From Dehalococcoidia bacterium (GTDB lineage: Bacteria > Chloroflexota > Dehalococcoidia > DSTF01 > WHTK01), in contig CBDDBP010000004.1 in the NCBI GenBank assembly GCA_965225815.1, forward strand, positions 85,074 through 149,073: 64,000 bases of DNA, written 5' to 3'. Both the position numbers and the translations under genes were made by a program. Of the stretch, positions 28,784 to 38,374 are shown one piece after another (position 1 is the first letter of the stretch; the number at the start of each line of letters is the position of its first letter). The notes beneath the pieces were generated by a model, which had not been told where the DNA came from, did not search any database, and saw only the letters and a program-made list of their open reading frames with translations.

Positions 28784-29374
28784 GTGCCCAACAACGCGAT
28801 CCTCGAATCGGTACGCGGATTTGACCTGCGGCTTCAGACGCAGCCGGGTGTATTCGCTCATCGTGAACTGGATGAAGGCACGCGTCTCTTGATCGAAGCC
28901 ATGCGTGTCTCACCAACGGCCCGCGTTTTGGACTGGGGTTGTGGTTACGGCGCCATCGGAATCATCGCCGCGAAGCTCGCGACAAAAGGTCATGTCACGC
29001 TTGTCGATGTCGACATACGTGCGACGCGTCTCGCCCAGCGAAATCTCGAGATGAACAAAGTCGAAAACGCGGACGTAGTGCTGGGCGACGGGACCGACGA
29101 CCTGCCACCTAAAACTCGCTTCGACCTTATTCTCAGCAATCCTCCGACCCACAGTGGTCGCGAAGTGCTCGACAGCCTCGTGACAAGCTCGTTCAAAGCC
29201 CTGCGTCCTCGCGGTCAGATATACCTCGTCATCAATCGACTGCTTAGCCTCCGACGAGAGGTTGAGGACATCTATGGAAACACGGAGACGGTTGCCCGAC
29301 AAAAAGGCTTCGTTGTCATCCGTGCCGTCAAGGTGCCTCGCCTTCACGAAAGCGACTTGATCAACGAGCGATAA
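28784..29374 (+). CDS. Class I SAM-dependent methyltransferase (RsmC/RlmG-like small-domain methyltransferase)
   Basis: 196 aa with VLDWGCGYGAIGI (motif I) and LILSNPPTH, the N-methyl-transferase NPPx motif. Confidence 0.75.
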   Translation: MPNNAILESVRGFDLRLQTQPGVFAHRELDEGTRLLIEAMRVSPTARVLDWGCGYGAIGIIAAKLATKGHVTLVDVDIRATRLAQRNLEMNKVENADVVLGDGTDDLPPKTRFDLILSNPPTHSGREVLDSLVTSSFKALRPRGQIYLVINRLLSLRREVEDIYGNTETVARQKGFVVIRAVKVPRLHESDLINER

Positions 29375-29392
29375 TGATCGAGGAGGTGCGCT

Positions 29393-29647
29393 ATAGCGAG
29401 CCAGAAACTGAAGATCGAACTGCTTTACTGCCGGCCTTGAAACTACTACACCGCACGCGCCGCGTGGACGGCGCAGGAACTGCTGCAGACATTTGGCGAA
29501 TGGACCGACGGCGTCACTCTTATTCCTGGCGACCGCGGCGCCTTCGAAATCTCCGTCAACGGCGAAGAGATCTACTCCAAGTTGAAGACCGGCCATTTCC
29601 CTGACCTCGACGAACTGAATCAGTCAATCCAGAAACTGGTCGAGTGA
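29393..29647 (+). CDS. Rdx/SelW-family selenoprotein (CxxU) with an in-frame TGA (Sec) at 29438-29440. The start codon is uncertain.
   Basis: Frame 2 reads ...QKLKIELLYCRP-U-NYYTARAAWTAQELLQTFGEWTDGVTLIPGDRGAFEISVNGEEIYSKLKTGHFPDLDELNQSIQKLVE*. This matches the Rdx consensus (KIEIEYCxxUx..RAAWxAQELL...L.PG.GG.FE..V.G..I.SK...G.FP). A GGAGGTG SD lies at 29382-29388. No ATG/GTG/TTG occurs in frame between the upstream TGA (29375) and the CxxU motif. A hairpin GCGCCG-CGTGGA-CGGCGC at 29457-29474 sits 17 nt after the UGA. The track ORF 29374..29604 is the wrong frame. Confidence 0.6.
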
Positions 29648-29673
29648 TTACGAACGCCTGCTAGGCTTAGCGC

Positions 29674-30702
29674 GTGGGGGGCGTCTCTCTTTACTACGAT
29701 CCCTTGTTCCTGGGCCACGACACGCTGACCCACCCTGAAAGCGCCTCTCGCGTCGAAGCATGTCTTGGCCTGCTTGAGGACTCAGGTGTCGTCGCCCAAC
29801 TCGGACGGCCCGAGTGCCGTGACGCCACCCTGGACGAGCTGTCTCGCATTCACACCCCAGCCCACATCGAACGCATGCGCACCATTGGCGATCGCGGGCC
29901 CGTAATGGTCCTCGCCGATACGATCGCGAACACGGGAACCTACGCTGCCGCACTTCGTGCCGCTGGAGCCGTCATGGGAGCGACAGAGGCCGTCCTTCAT
30001 GGCGACTTCGATTCTGCCTACTGTCTGACGCGCCCGCCCGGCCACCACGCCGTCGCCACGGCGCCCATGGGCTTCTGCTTCTTCAACAACGTCGCGGTCG
30101 CAGCGCGCCACGCCACCGACATTCTTGAGCTCGAACGTATTGCCATTGTCGACATCGACATTCATCACGGTAACGGCACGCAGGACGCCTTCTTCGACGA
30201 TCCGCGAGTCCTCTACGTGTCCACGCATCAGTACCCCTACTATCCTGGCAGCGGGCACTGGCGTGAGGCCGGTGACGGCACGACGCTCAACCTGTCCCTC
30301 CCAGGCGGATGCGGTGACGCCGAATATGCGCTGCTTTTCGACCAGATCATCACGCCCAAACTGCGCGCCTTTCGGCCGCAGCTCATCCTGGTCTCCGCCG
30401 GCTACGACGCCCACCACGCCGACCCTATCGACGGCTCTCTGATGCGTCTGTCGTGTGCTGGATATGCTGCGCTCGTCACCGGCTTGCGGACCCTTGCGCA
30501 GGAGCTCTGTGGCGGCCGAATCGTAGTTGCACTCGAAGGCGGTTATGACCTCACGGCATTATCCTGGAGCGTCCGCAATAGCATCGAAGCGCTTCTCAGC
30601 GATCCCCTGACGCCCGATCCGATCGGCCCAGCGCCCGACAGTCAGCGCCCTGATCTCTCCGAGCTGATCTCAGGGATCAAAGCGCTACACGGCCTTGCCT
30701 AG
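29674..30702 (+). CDS. Histone deacetylase / acetoin utilisation AcuC family protein (arginase-deacetylase fold)
   Basis: 342 aa with RPPGHHA...DIDIHHGNGTQ...GGYD, the Zn-dependent deacetylase motifs. Confidence 0.8.
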   Translation: MGGVSLYYDPLFLGHDTLTHPESASRVEACLGLLEDSGVVAQLGRPECRDATLDELSRIHTPAHIERMRTIGDRGPVMVLADTIANTGTYAAALRAAGAVMGATEAVLHGDFDSAYCLTRPPGHHAVATAPMGFCFFNNVAVAARHATDILELERIAIVDIDIHHGNGTQDAFFDDPRVLYVSTHQYPYYPGSGHWREAGDGTTLNLSLPGGCGDAEYALLFDQIITPKLRAFRPQLILVSAGYDAHHADPIDGSLMRLSCAGYAALVTGLRTLAQELCGGRIVVALEGGYDLTALSWSVRNSIEALLSDPLTPDPIGPAPDSQRPDLSELISGIKALHGLA

Positions 30703-30727
30703 CTGAAGACGCCGCTCGCTTGGCTCG

Positions 30728-30937
30728 TCAGCCGCGGATCACACTCTCGAAGCCATGATCGCGATGTGATCCATCACAGATCGGCTTGGTGTCCGAATGC
30801 CCGCAACGACACAGCGCCATCCGGCCTTCGTAGCGAATGGCCTTGCCTTCAATGTCAACCAGCGTGACATCACCAAGGACGAAGTACGGACCGTTGTCTC
30901 GGGGCACTATGGTGGCGTCATTGTCTCTTTCAGGCAT
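30728..30937 (-). CDS. CDGSH iron-sulfur domain protein
   Basis: 69 aa with CRCGHSDTKPICDGSH, the CDGSH zinc-finger motif. Confidence 0.7.
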   Translation of the reverse strand: MPERDNDATIVPRDNGPYFVLGDVTLVDIEGKAIRYEGRMALCRCGHSDTKPICDGSHRDHGFESVIRG

Positions 30938-31034
30938 CCGTTAGCCCCAATCGATGGCCTTCTTCTAGATGAGCGGACCTATCCTGATAGCAAAGCTTTT
31001 TCGCGTATTGCCGTCACTTCAATTACGTCCTGCC

Positions 31035-32243
31035 CTATCGCGCTTCCTCTTTCGCGCCGTCTGGAGAAAGGAACCGGAGGAAGGCCTCATCGCCCAGCAG
31101 GACCGCCTCGTCCCGTAGCCGCAGGTGACCCTCCGAAAGCTCCGTCAGGCCGAGGGACTGGGTTTCGCGCATCGCCTTACCGAAGACTTGCTCGAACTTC
31201 ACACCGAAGCGCGACTCAAAGGCGGCGATATTCAGGCCCTCGCGCAAACGCAGTGCGAGGAAAGCCGTCTCCGACATCTCGCGCTCCTGGTTCGCCTCGT
31301 CTCGAATACTGACCTGGCGCATGCCTTCGAGCGGTTCGCCCTCCTGAGCCACCGATTCGTTGGTCAGGGCAATGTAGCGTGAAGGGCTCGCGGCTCCGGC
31401 AAAGCGCTGATTATTAAGATGCGAATGCGCCCCAGCTCCAAGACCGAGCCAGTCTCGATTGTGCCAGTAGAAGAGGTTGTGATGGCATTTTCGTCCTGAT
31501 TTTGACCAGTTCGACACTTCGTAATGCGAATAGCCTGAGCGCCTCATGCGCTCGACGCTCCACTCGAACATATCAGCCTGCAGATCAAGGTCCGGGCCCT
31601 CCGCACGGCCGCGATTGACGTCGCGCGTAAGTGGAGTCCCATCTTCGAGCGTCAGCGCATAGAGCGAGAGGTGCTCAGGTCCCATAGCCAGCGCTCGCTC
31701 CAGATTGAACTGCCACCCGGCAAGCGTCTGCCCGGCCAACCCGTAGATCAGATCCAGGTTGATGTTCTCAAAGCCCTGCTCCCGCGCCCAGCTATAGGCC
31801 TGATCCACCTCTTCGGCGTCGTGGATCCGCTCTAACGTGCGCAGTTCCTCGTCGTGAAAGCTCTGAACCCCGAAGCTAATCCGGTTGAAACCCATTCGAC
31901 GCAGGCCGCCAAGATGGGTCGCGTCGACCGTCCCCGGATTTGCCTCAAGCGTGACCTCAGCTCCGGGATCGATATCGAACCGCTCTTGCAAGGCCTTCAT
32001 GATGATCTGCATCTCCGGAAGTGGCAGCAAACTGGGCGTCCCGCCGCCGAAGAACACGGTTTCGACGCGCCTCCCTGCGAGATGTCCAGCCCACAGCTCT
32101 GCCTCTCTGGCGACCGCCTGCGAATAGGGACTCATCAAGGAATCCTGCCCCGCGTAGGAATTGAAGTCGCAGTAAGTGCACTTGGCAGTGCAAAAGGGGA
32201 TATGGACGTATAGCGCCAGCGGTTCAACAGCGATCATGCTCAT
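31035..32243 (-). CDS. hemW: Radical SAM heme chaperone HemW (coproporphyrinogen III oxidase-like)
   Basis: 402 aa with YVHIPFCTAKCTYCDF (CxxxCxxC) and a HemN C-terminal domain. Confidence 0.85.
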   Translation of the reverse strand: MSMIAVEPLALYVHIPFCTAKCTYCDFNSYAGQDSLMSPYSQAVAREAELWAGHLAGRRVETVFFGGGTPSLLPLPEMQIIMKALQERFDIDPGAEVTLEANPGTVDATHLGGLRRMGFNRISFGVQSFHDEELRTLERIHDAEEVDQAYSWAREQGFENINLDLIYGLAGQTLAGWQFNLERALAMGPEHLSLYALTLEDGTPLTRDVNRGRAEGPDLDLQADMFEWSVERMRRSGYSHYEVSNWSKSGRKCHHNLFYWHNRDWLGLGAGAHSHLNNQRFAGAASPSRYIALTNESVAQEGEPLEGMRQVSIRDEANQEREMSETAFLALRLREGLNIAAFESRFGVKFEQVFGKAMRETQSLGLTELSEGHLRLRDEAVLLGDEAFLRFLSPDGAKEEAR

Positions 32244-32326
32244 AGTGTAGCCTTCACGCCGAGTGGTTTGCGCCTGATATCGACGTTGTATACGATATGG
32301 GCACTACTCACGGGGAGGCGCTGTTT

Positions 32327-32449
32327 ATGAAAAAGCTCCCAATCATCGGCCTGCTTATCGGCGCCGTCGCCGCTCTCTTCGCCATGAAGAAGAAAAAGGG
32401 TGAAGCTCCGACGGAAGATACCGACTCCGCGGCCAGCGGAGACCAGTAG
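32327..32449 (+). CDS. Possible 40-aa single-TM peptide (MKKLPIIGLLIGAVAALFAMKKKKGEAPTEDTDSAASGDQ)
   Basis: It is too short for the ORF track. A GGGGAGG SD lies 8 nt upstream of the ATG. It has a hydrophobic core followed by a Lys-rich anchor. Confidence 0.3.
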   Translation: MKKLPIIGLLIGAVAALFAMKKKKGEAPTEDTDSAASGDQ

Positions 32450-32593
32450 ACCCATCGCCTAGTCCGACTCCAAATCTTCAGCGACAGTCGATCGACTGTC
32501 GCTGCCAGTTCTTGCCCTACATCGCGTGCCAAAATGAGAGGCGACGTAGCTCTGCTCGGGCCTTCCGCGCTTCAGCCTCAAGGGAGGTCCATC

Positions 32594-34414
32594 GTGCTTA
32601 AGAGCCACTACTGCGGAGACTTGCGCCCGGAACACAACGGTCAAACTGTAACGTTGGCCGGGTGGGTGCACCGTCGACGCGACCACGGTGGCCTCATCTT
32701 TCTCGACCTGCGCGACTCGAGCGGAATCGTGCAGGTCGTGGTCAATCCTCAAACAGCGGCAGAGGCTCACGCCATCGCCAGCGACGCTCGTAACGAGTTC
32801 GTTCTGCAAATAGAGGGTGACGTGGCGCCGCGGCGCCCTGGAACCGAGAACGAATCGATGCCCACGGGCACGATCGAAGTTGTCGCGCGATCAGTCGTGA
32901 CCCTCAACTCGGCTCGGACGCCGCCCTTTTACATAAACGAAGAGTCGGCGGTTGAAGAGCTCTTGCGGTTGCGCTACCGCTACCTGGACCTGCGACGAGA
33001 AACGATGCACCGAAACATCGTCCTGCGAAGCCAGGTCATTCATTACATCCGTCAGTTCCTCAACGACCGCGGTTTCACTGACATCGAGACGCCGATCCTG
33101 GCTAACCCAACGCCGGAAGGAGCCCGCGACTACCTCGTCCCAAGCCGCGTCCACCCCGGTAGCTTCTATGCCCTGCCACAGTCGCCACAGCAGTTCAAGC
33201 AGCTACTGATGGTCTCCGGGTTCGAGCGCTACTACCAGATTGCCAAATGCTTTCGGGACGAGGATCTCCGAGCTGACCGACAGCCCGAGTTCACCCAGCT
33301 CGACCTGGAGATGAGCTTCGTCACGCAGGAAGACATCCTGGAGCTCACGGAGGCCCTGTACAGCGGTCTCGTCCAGGAGTTGCGCCCCGACCTTAGCCTG
33401 CCCTCGCCCTTCCCACGCCTGACCTACGCCGAATGTTTGCGCCGCTTCGGCACGGACAAGCCGGACCTTCGCTACGGCCTTGAGTTGACCGACTTCACCG
33501 AGCTGGTCCGCGATACCGAATTCGCTGTCTTCAGGAGCGCCGTCGAGAATGGCGGTGCGGTCGAAGGCATCTGCGTACCCACCGGCGCTTCTTTCTCTCG
33601 TCGCGAGATCGATGGCCTCACTGAAACGGTGAAGACTATGGGCGCACGCGGCCTCGTCTCTATCGCGTTTGAGGCCGAGCCTCGCAGCGCGACTGAGGAG
33701 CAAATTCGCTCACCCGTCCTCAAGTTTCTCGGTCTTGAGTTGACGCGGGCGATCGGACTCAACGCCGGCGCGGGCGCCGGCGACCTCGTGCTCATCGTCG
33801 CGGGATCTGGCGGCATCCCGTCCAAGGAGCCCGGCTCGGTCGCACGCGTCAAGCCGGCGCTCGACCTACTGCGGCGCACGGTCGCCTCAAAGCAGGAACT
33901 CGCGGATCCCGGTACGCTGTCCTTCCTGTGGGTTGTCGACTTCCCGATGTTCGAATGGGACGACGAGGACGAGCGCTGGAGTCCCAGCCATCACCTCTTC
34001 ACGTCGGTGAAGCCCGAATCACTGGCAAGCCTCGAATCGGATCCCGGTGTGGCGCTTAGCAACGCCTACGACATCGTCTGCAACGGTCAGGAGATCGGCA
34101 GCGGCAGCATCCGAATTCACAAGCGCTCGGAGCAGGAAAGCATCCTGCGCCTGCTCAAGATCACGGACGAAGATGCCAACGAGCGCTTCGGTCACATGCT
34201 CGAGGCATTCGAGTATGGCGCTCCGCCTCACGGCGGAATTGCGCCGGGCATCGACCGTACAGTGGCATTATTGGCTCAGGAGTCCGACATCCGCGAAGTC
34301 ATCCCGTTCCCAAAGACGAAGAGCGCTTCCGATCCGATGACCGGCGCGCCTTTACGCGCGGCCCCGGAGGCGCTTCGCACGCTCAGCATCTCGGTCGAGG
34401 CGACGGAGGACTGA
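32594..34414 (+). CDS. aspS: Aspartate--tRNA ligase
   Basis: Class IIb aaRS with HYCGDLR at the N-terminus, motif 2 FRDEDLRADRQPEFTQLD and a GAD insertion domain. The start was placed at the GTG at 32594 after an AGGGAGG SD. Confidence 0.9.
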   Translation: MLKSHYCGDLRPEHNGQTVTLAGWVHRRRDHGGLIFLDLRDSSGIVQVVVNPQTAAEAHAIASDARNEFVLQIEGDVAPRRPGTENESMPTGTIEVVARSVVTLNSARTPPFYINEESAVEELLRLRYRYLDLRRETMHRNIVLRSQVIHYIRQFLNDRGFTDIETPILANPTPEGARDYLVPSRVHPGSFYALPQSPQQFKQLLMVSGFERYYQIAKCFRDEDLRADRQPEFTQLDLEMSFVTQEDILELTEALYSGLVQELRPDLSLPSPFPRLTYAECLRRFGTDKPDLRYGLELTDFTELVRDTEFAVFRSAVENGGAVEGICVPTGASFSRREIDGLTETVKTMGARGLVSIAFEAEPRSATEEQIRSPVLKFLGLELTRAIGLNAGAGAGDLVLIVAGSGGIPSKEPGSVARVKPALDLLRRTVASKQELADPGTLSFLWVVDFPMFEWDDEDERWSPSHHLFTSVKPESLASLESDPGVALSNAYDIVCNGQEIGSGSIRIHKRSEQESILRLLKITDEDANERFGHMLEAFEYGAPPHGGIAPGIDRTVALLAQESDIREVIPFPKTKSASDPMTGAPLRAAPEALRTLSISVEATED

Positions 34415-34563
34415 CCTCGTGCTAGGGAAACCTTACAGACCTGTGACACATGGAAGGAGTGCGTCGTTGTAGGTTGAAACCGGCGTTTGCTAACATTCGT
34501 AGCAGCATTGGCGGACATTTAGCCTTCGTCGATTCAGTTGGCGGCAGCGGGCAGGAGGTTGCG

Positions 34564-36201
34564 ATGACAGGCACCCCACGAAGACTCTGGTTCTCGATTC
34601 TCCTGATGGGAGTGGCGCTGGCTGCGCTTGCATGCGGCGGCAGTGATAGCGGTGACAGCGATTCGGGCAGCAACGCCAGCAGCGGCGACTCATCCGCATC
34701 GCCAGCCAACGCCGATCTACGGATGGCTGGCTCCGACCCGATTACGCTCGATCCGGCACTGGCGGGCGACGCCGGCTCCGCTCGCTACATCGTCGAAATC
34801 TTCGGCGGGCTCGTCACGCTCGATCGCGACCTTCAGATCGTCCCTGACCTCGCCGAGAGCTGGAAAGTCAGTCGCGACGGACTGACGTACACCTTCCACA
34901 TTCGCCCAGACGCCAAATTCCACGACGGCAAACCGGTCACAGCCAATGACTTCAAATACTCGCTCGATCGAACGGCAAAGCTCGGCCAAACAGTCTCGGC
35001 TACTGCGGAGGCATACCTCGGTGACATCATTGGCGCCAAAGACGTCACCCGTGGTCGGGCTGACGAGATTACCGGCGTTCAGGTTGTCGATGCTCGCACC
35101 CTCGAAATCACCATCGACGAGCCAAAGGCCTACTTCCTCGCCAAGCTGACCTATCCCACCGCTTTCGTCGTCGATCAGCAAGAAGTCGAGTCGAATCCGC
35201 GCAACTGGACTCGCAAGCCCAACGGCACGGGGCCCTACAAGATGGCGGAGTGGCGCCTCAATGAGCGCATAATCCTCGAAGCAAATCAGAACTACCACCT
35301 CGGTGCGCCCGAGGTTGAACGAGTGCTCTACGTCCTGGCCGGCGGCTCCACGCTCACCCAGTACGAGAATGACGAGCTGGATGTAGCGGGCATCAGCACC
35401 GCTGATATCGAGCGCGTACTCAGTCCTCGCGATCCACTCAACGCCGACTATCGCAGTGGCGACAACCTGTCCGTCTCCTACATCGGCTTCAACGTCACCC
35501 AGCCGCCCTTCGACGACCCCAATGTCCGCCGGGCCTTCGCCATGGCAATCAACCGTGAGCAGATTGTCCGCGTCGTCCTCAAGGACATGCTGAACGTCGC
35601 CACGAGCATCATGATGCCCGGCCTCCCTGGCTTCAACGAAAACGCTTCCGTTCCTGAGTTCGACCCCGAAGGCGCTCGTGCAGCCTTGGCCGCCTCCAAG
35701 TACAAGGACGCCGCCGGCCTCGGCGATGTGACGTTAACCGAAATTGGTGGCGGAGCAAACGCTGGAATTGGCACGCAAGCCATCATCGAAATGTGGCGGA
35801 CCAACCTCGGCGTCGACGTCTCGATCGCGCAGGCTGAGCCAGCGAGCTTCTTCGACGACCTCGATCGCGGCCGCCTCCAGATGTTCGACATTGGCTGGAT
35901 AATGGACTACCCGGACCCGGAAGACATCATCGATCTGCTATTCCACAGCACCAGCCGGCAGAACAACACGCACTACAGCAACGAAGCATTCGACGCGTTG
36001 GTCGAGCAGGCTCGAATTGAGGGTGACCCAACGACGCGCCTCCAGCTCTACCAGGATGCCGAACAGATTCTGCTCGATGACCTGCCGTGGATACCGCTCT
36101 ACTTCGGCAAGGATCACTTTGTGGTCAAGCCCCGAGTCCAGGGTTTTGACCCGCTGCCCATTGTCATCCCGATGCTACGCTACCTCTCGATAGTCGAGTA
36201 A
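34564..36201 (+). CDS. ABC transporter substrate-binding lipoprotein, family 5 (oligopeptide/dipeptide/nickel type)
   Basis: The start was placed at MTGTPRRLWFSILLMGVALAALACGG (lipobox). CAGGAGG is the SD. The protein has an SBP_bac_5 fold. Confidence 0.85.
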   Translation: MTGTPRRLWFSILLMGVALAALACGGSDSGDSDSGSNASSGDSSASPANADLRMAGSDPITLDPALAGDAGSARYIVEIFGGLVTLDRDLQIVPDLAESWKVSRDGLTYTFHIRPDAKFHDGKPVTANDFKYSLDRTAKLGQTVSATAEAYLGDIIGAKDVTRGRADEITGVQVVDARTLEITIDEPKAYFLAKLTYPTAFVVDQQEVESNPRNWTRKPNGTGPYKMAEWRLNERIILEANQNYHLGAPEVERVLYVLAGGSTLTQYENDELDVAGISTADIERVLSPRDPLNADYRSGDNLSVSYIGFNVTQPPFDDPNVRRAFAMAINREQIVRVVLKDMLNVATSIMMPGLPGFNENASVPEFDPEGARAALAASKYKDAAGLGDVTLTEIGGGANAGIGTQAIIEMWRTNLGVDVSIAQAEPASFFDDLDRGRLQMFDIGWIMDYPDPEDIIDLLFHSTSRQNNTHYSNEAFDALVEQARIEGDPTTRLQLYQDAEQILLDDLPWIPLYFGKDHFVVKPRVQGFDPLPIVIPMLRYLSIVE

Positions 36202-36282
36202 GCAGTGATCGGCCCGGCTGCGAAGCCTAGAGGTGTGATTGTGCCTTTCGACACCGTGGCAGAGGTCAGGTAGTTCCGGCCC

Positions 36283-37287
36283 ATGGAAGGCAGGCTATCC
36301 TACATCCTCCGCCGCCTGCTCTGGGTCCCTCCCATCCTGATCATCGTCACGTTCGCCACTTTTGCACTCGCACGATTCGGACCTGGCGATCCTGTCCGCG
36401 TTGCCGCCGGCAACTTCCGTGACGAAGAGGCTTTCGAGCGCGTCCGCGCCGCGCGTGGCCTGGATAAGCCGATCTACGAGCAGTACTACATCTACATGCG
36501 GGACGTCTTCACCAAGGGCGACTTCGGCGAGAGCTACCGATACCAGGGCGTAACCGTCAACGAAGTCCTCTTTCCCGCTATGTGGCGGTCCTTTCAGTAC
36601 AACATCGTCGCTCTGATTATCACGGTATCGATCGGCATTCCCTTAGGCATCTTTGCGGCCAGGAGACAAGGAACATGGGCCGACCCCGCAGCCATCAGCA
36701 GCTTCCTCGTCATCCAATCCGTGCCGGCCTTGATCTCGTTGCCTTTCGCGCTGCTCTTCTTCGCCCTCAAGCTAGGCATCTTGCCGGCCAGCGGTTGGCC
36801 CCAGGACTGTAACGTCACGCTAGGAGCCCTCGGCGACAGCTATGAATGCATCGGCGTGCTAAGCAAGGAGGCGGTGATCCCTGTGATGGCCCTGTCGCTG
36901 CCGGGCATCGCTATCTGGGGCCGTTTCACTCGCGCCTTCACGCTTGAAGTGATGAAGGAGGACTACGTTCGGACCGCCCGCTCAAAGGGCCTCAGTGAGT
37001 TCACCGTCATGCGACGTCACGTCCTTCGAAACGCGATGTTGCCCCTGAGCACCATCGTCGTGTTTTCACTCATCACCCTGCTCGAAACCAATTTCTTCGT
37101 CGAAACGATCACCGGTATCCCAGGGGCTGGCCGGCTCGCTTTCGAGGCAATCCCGGGCCGCGACTACGACATCATCATGGCCGTCGTGATGATCGGCGCC
37201 ATACTCTTCTTGATCGCCAGCATCGTCGTCGACGTTCTGTACACACTCATAGACCCAAGGATCAGGTATGGCTCGCGAGACGCCTGA
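36283..37287 (+). CDS. ABC transporter permease (DppB/OppB-like)
   Basis: 334 aa, 6 TM helices, BPD_transp_1 family. Confidence 0.85.
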   Translation: MEGRLSYILRRLLWVPPILIIVTFATFALARFGPGDPVRVAAGNFRDEEAFERVRAARGLDKPIYEQYYIYMRDVFTKGDFGESYRYQGVTVNEVLFPAMWRSFQYNIVALIITVSIGIPLGIFAARRQGTWADPAAISSFLVIQSVPALISLPFALLFFALKLGILPASGWPQDCNVTLGALGDSYECIGVLSKEAVIPVMALSLPGIAIWGRFTRAFTLEVMKEDYVRTARSKGLSEFTVMRRHVLRNAMLPLSTIVVFSLITLLETNFFVETITGIPGAGRLAFEAIPGRDYDIIMAVVMIGAILFLIASIVVDVLYTLIDPRIRYGSRDA

Positions 37288-38266
37288 CCTGGCGCTTAAC
37301 GGAGGGTTCGAGGAGGAGCTCAGCTCGATAAGCCCGATGGGGCTGGCTTGGCGGCGCCTCGTCAAGAAGCGTATCGCCATGCTGGCCCTTCTTTTCATCG
37401 GCGTCTTTTACTTCTGCGGCCTGACGGCGCCACTTCTGACCGACACTGGAGTCATCCAGTCCTACCGTGAGCAGAATCTGGAGCTGGCAGCTGACGGCCC
37501 GCTAGGCCCGTCGCTGGAGCATCCCTTCGGCACGGACCGCCTCGGCCGAGATCAGCTAAGCCGCGTGATCTGGGCCTCTCAAACCACCGTGATTATCACT
37601 GTCTTAACGATCATCACCGGCAGCCTCTTCCTGGCGGTGGGACTCGGCCTGCTCTCAGGCTACGTCGGAGGCTGGGTAGACGCCCTGATCATGCGCGTCG
37701 GAGATACCTTTGCATCCCTGCCGTCGCTTCTGATGTTGATCCTGATCAACGCAACTTTAGGCGAACGGGTTAGGGACGCGGCAAGAGACGTTGAGGACTT
37801 CACCGGGATTAGCGGCATTGTTCAACATGGCGTCGCCGACTACTTCCTCGTTTTTGCCGCACTCTCGGCCTTTAGTTGGGTGGGACTGGCCCGAATCCTG
37901 CGTTCTCAAGTCCTGGCGCTAAGGGAAACCGAGTTCATCCTCGCAGCTCGCATGCTGGGGGCTTCCACGCGTCGCATCATGTTTCGCCACCTGCTGCCCA
38001 ACGTCAGCAACGTCATCATCGTCAGCATTTCGCTGGCGCTGGCCGGCATCGCGGGCTCTGAGCTCGTGCTCACCTGGTTCGGCGTCGGGATCAAGCCGCC
38101 GAATCCTAGCTTCGGCGCCATGATCTTCGAGGCGTCCAGCGTACGCACCGTGAACGAACATCCTCATCTTCTGCTGTTCCCAGGCGGGATCATTGCGGGC
38201 CTCCTGTTTTCCTTCAATCTCCTTGGTGACGCCCTGACAGATGTCTTCACGCCGAAAGCCACCTAG
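37268..38266 (+). CDS. ABC transporter permease (DppC/OppC-like)
   Basis: 332 aa, overlapping the preceding permease. No ATPase gene follows in the window. Confidence 0.85.
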   Translation: MARETPDLALNGGFEEELSSISPMGLAWRRLVKKRIAMLALLFIGVFYFCGLTAPLLTDTGVIQSYREQNLELAADGPLGPSLEHPFGTDRLGRDQLSRVIWASQTTVIITVLTIITGSLFLAVGLGLLSGYVGGWVDALIMRVGDTFASLPSLLMLILINATLGERVRDAARDVEDFTGISGIVQHGVADYFLVFAALSAFSWVGLARILRSQVLALRETEFILAARMLGASTRRIMFRHLLPNVSNVIIVSISLALAGIAGSELVLTWFGVGIKPPNPSFGAMIFEASSVRTVNEHPHLLLFPGGIIAGLLFSFNLLGDALTDVFTPKAT

Positions 38267-38374
38267 CCTCGACATTTCGTCCGGCAGATTGGGCTTGCTA
38301 TAATTGCTGATAGTGGCCAACTCGCAAGGAAATCCTCGCGCCCGTCCCCGGACAGGTAGGAACGTAAGGAAACA

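Noticed and set aside
29374-29604. The 76-aa ORF starting at the ATG at 29374
   Set aside because: It is an Arg-rich, non-homologous frame-1 read-through of the Rdx selenoprotein gene, whose real frame is +1.
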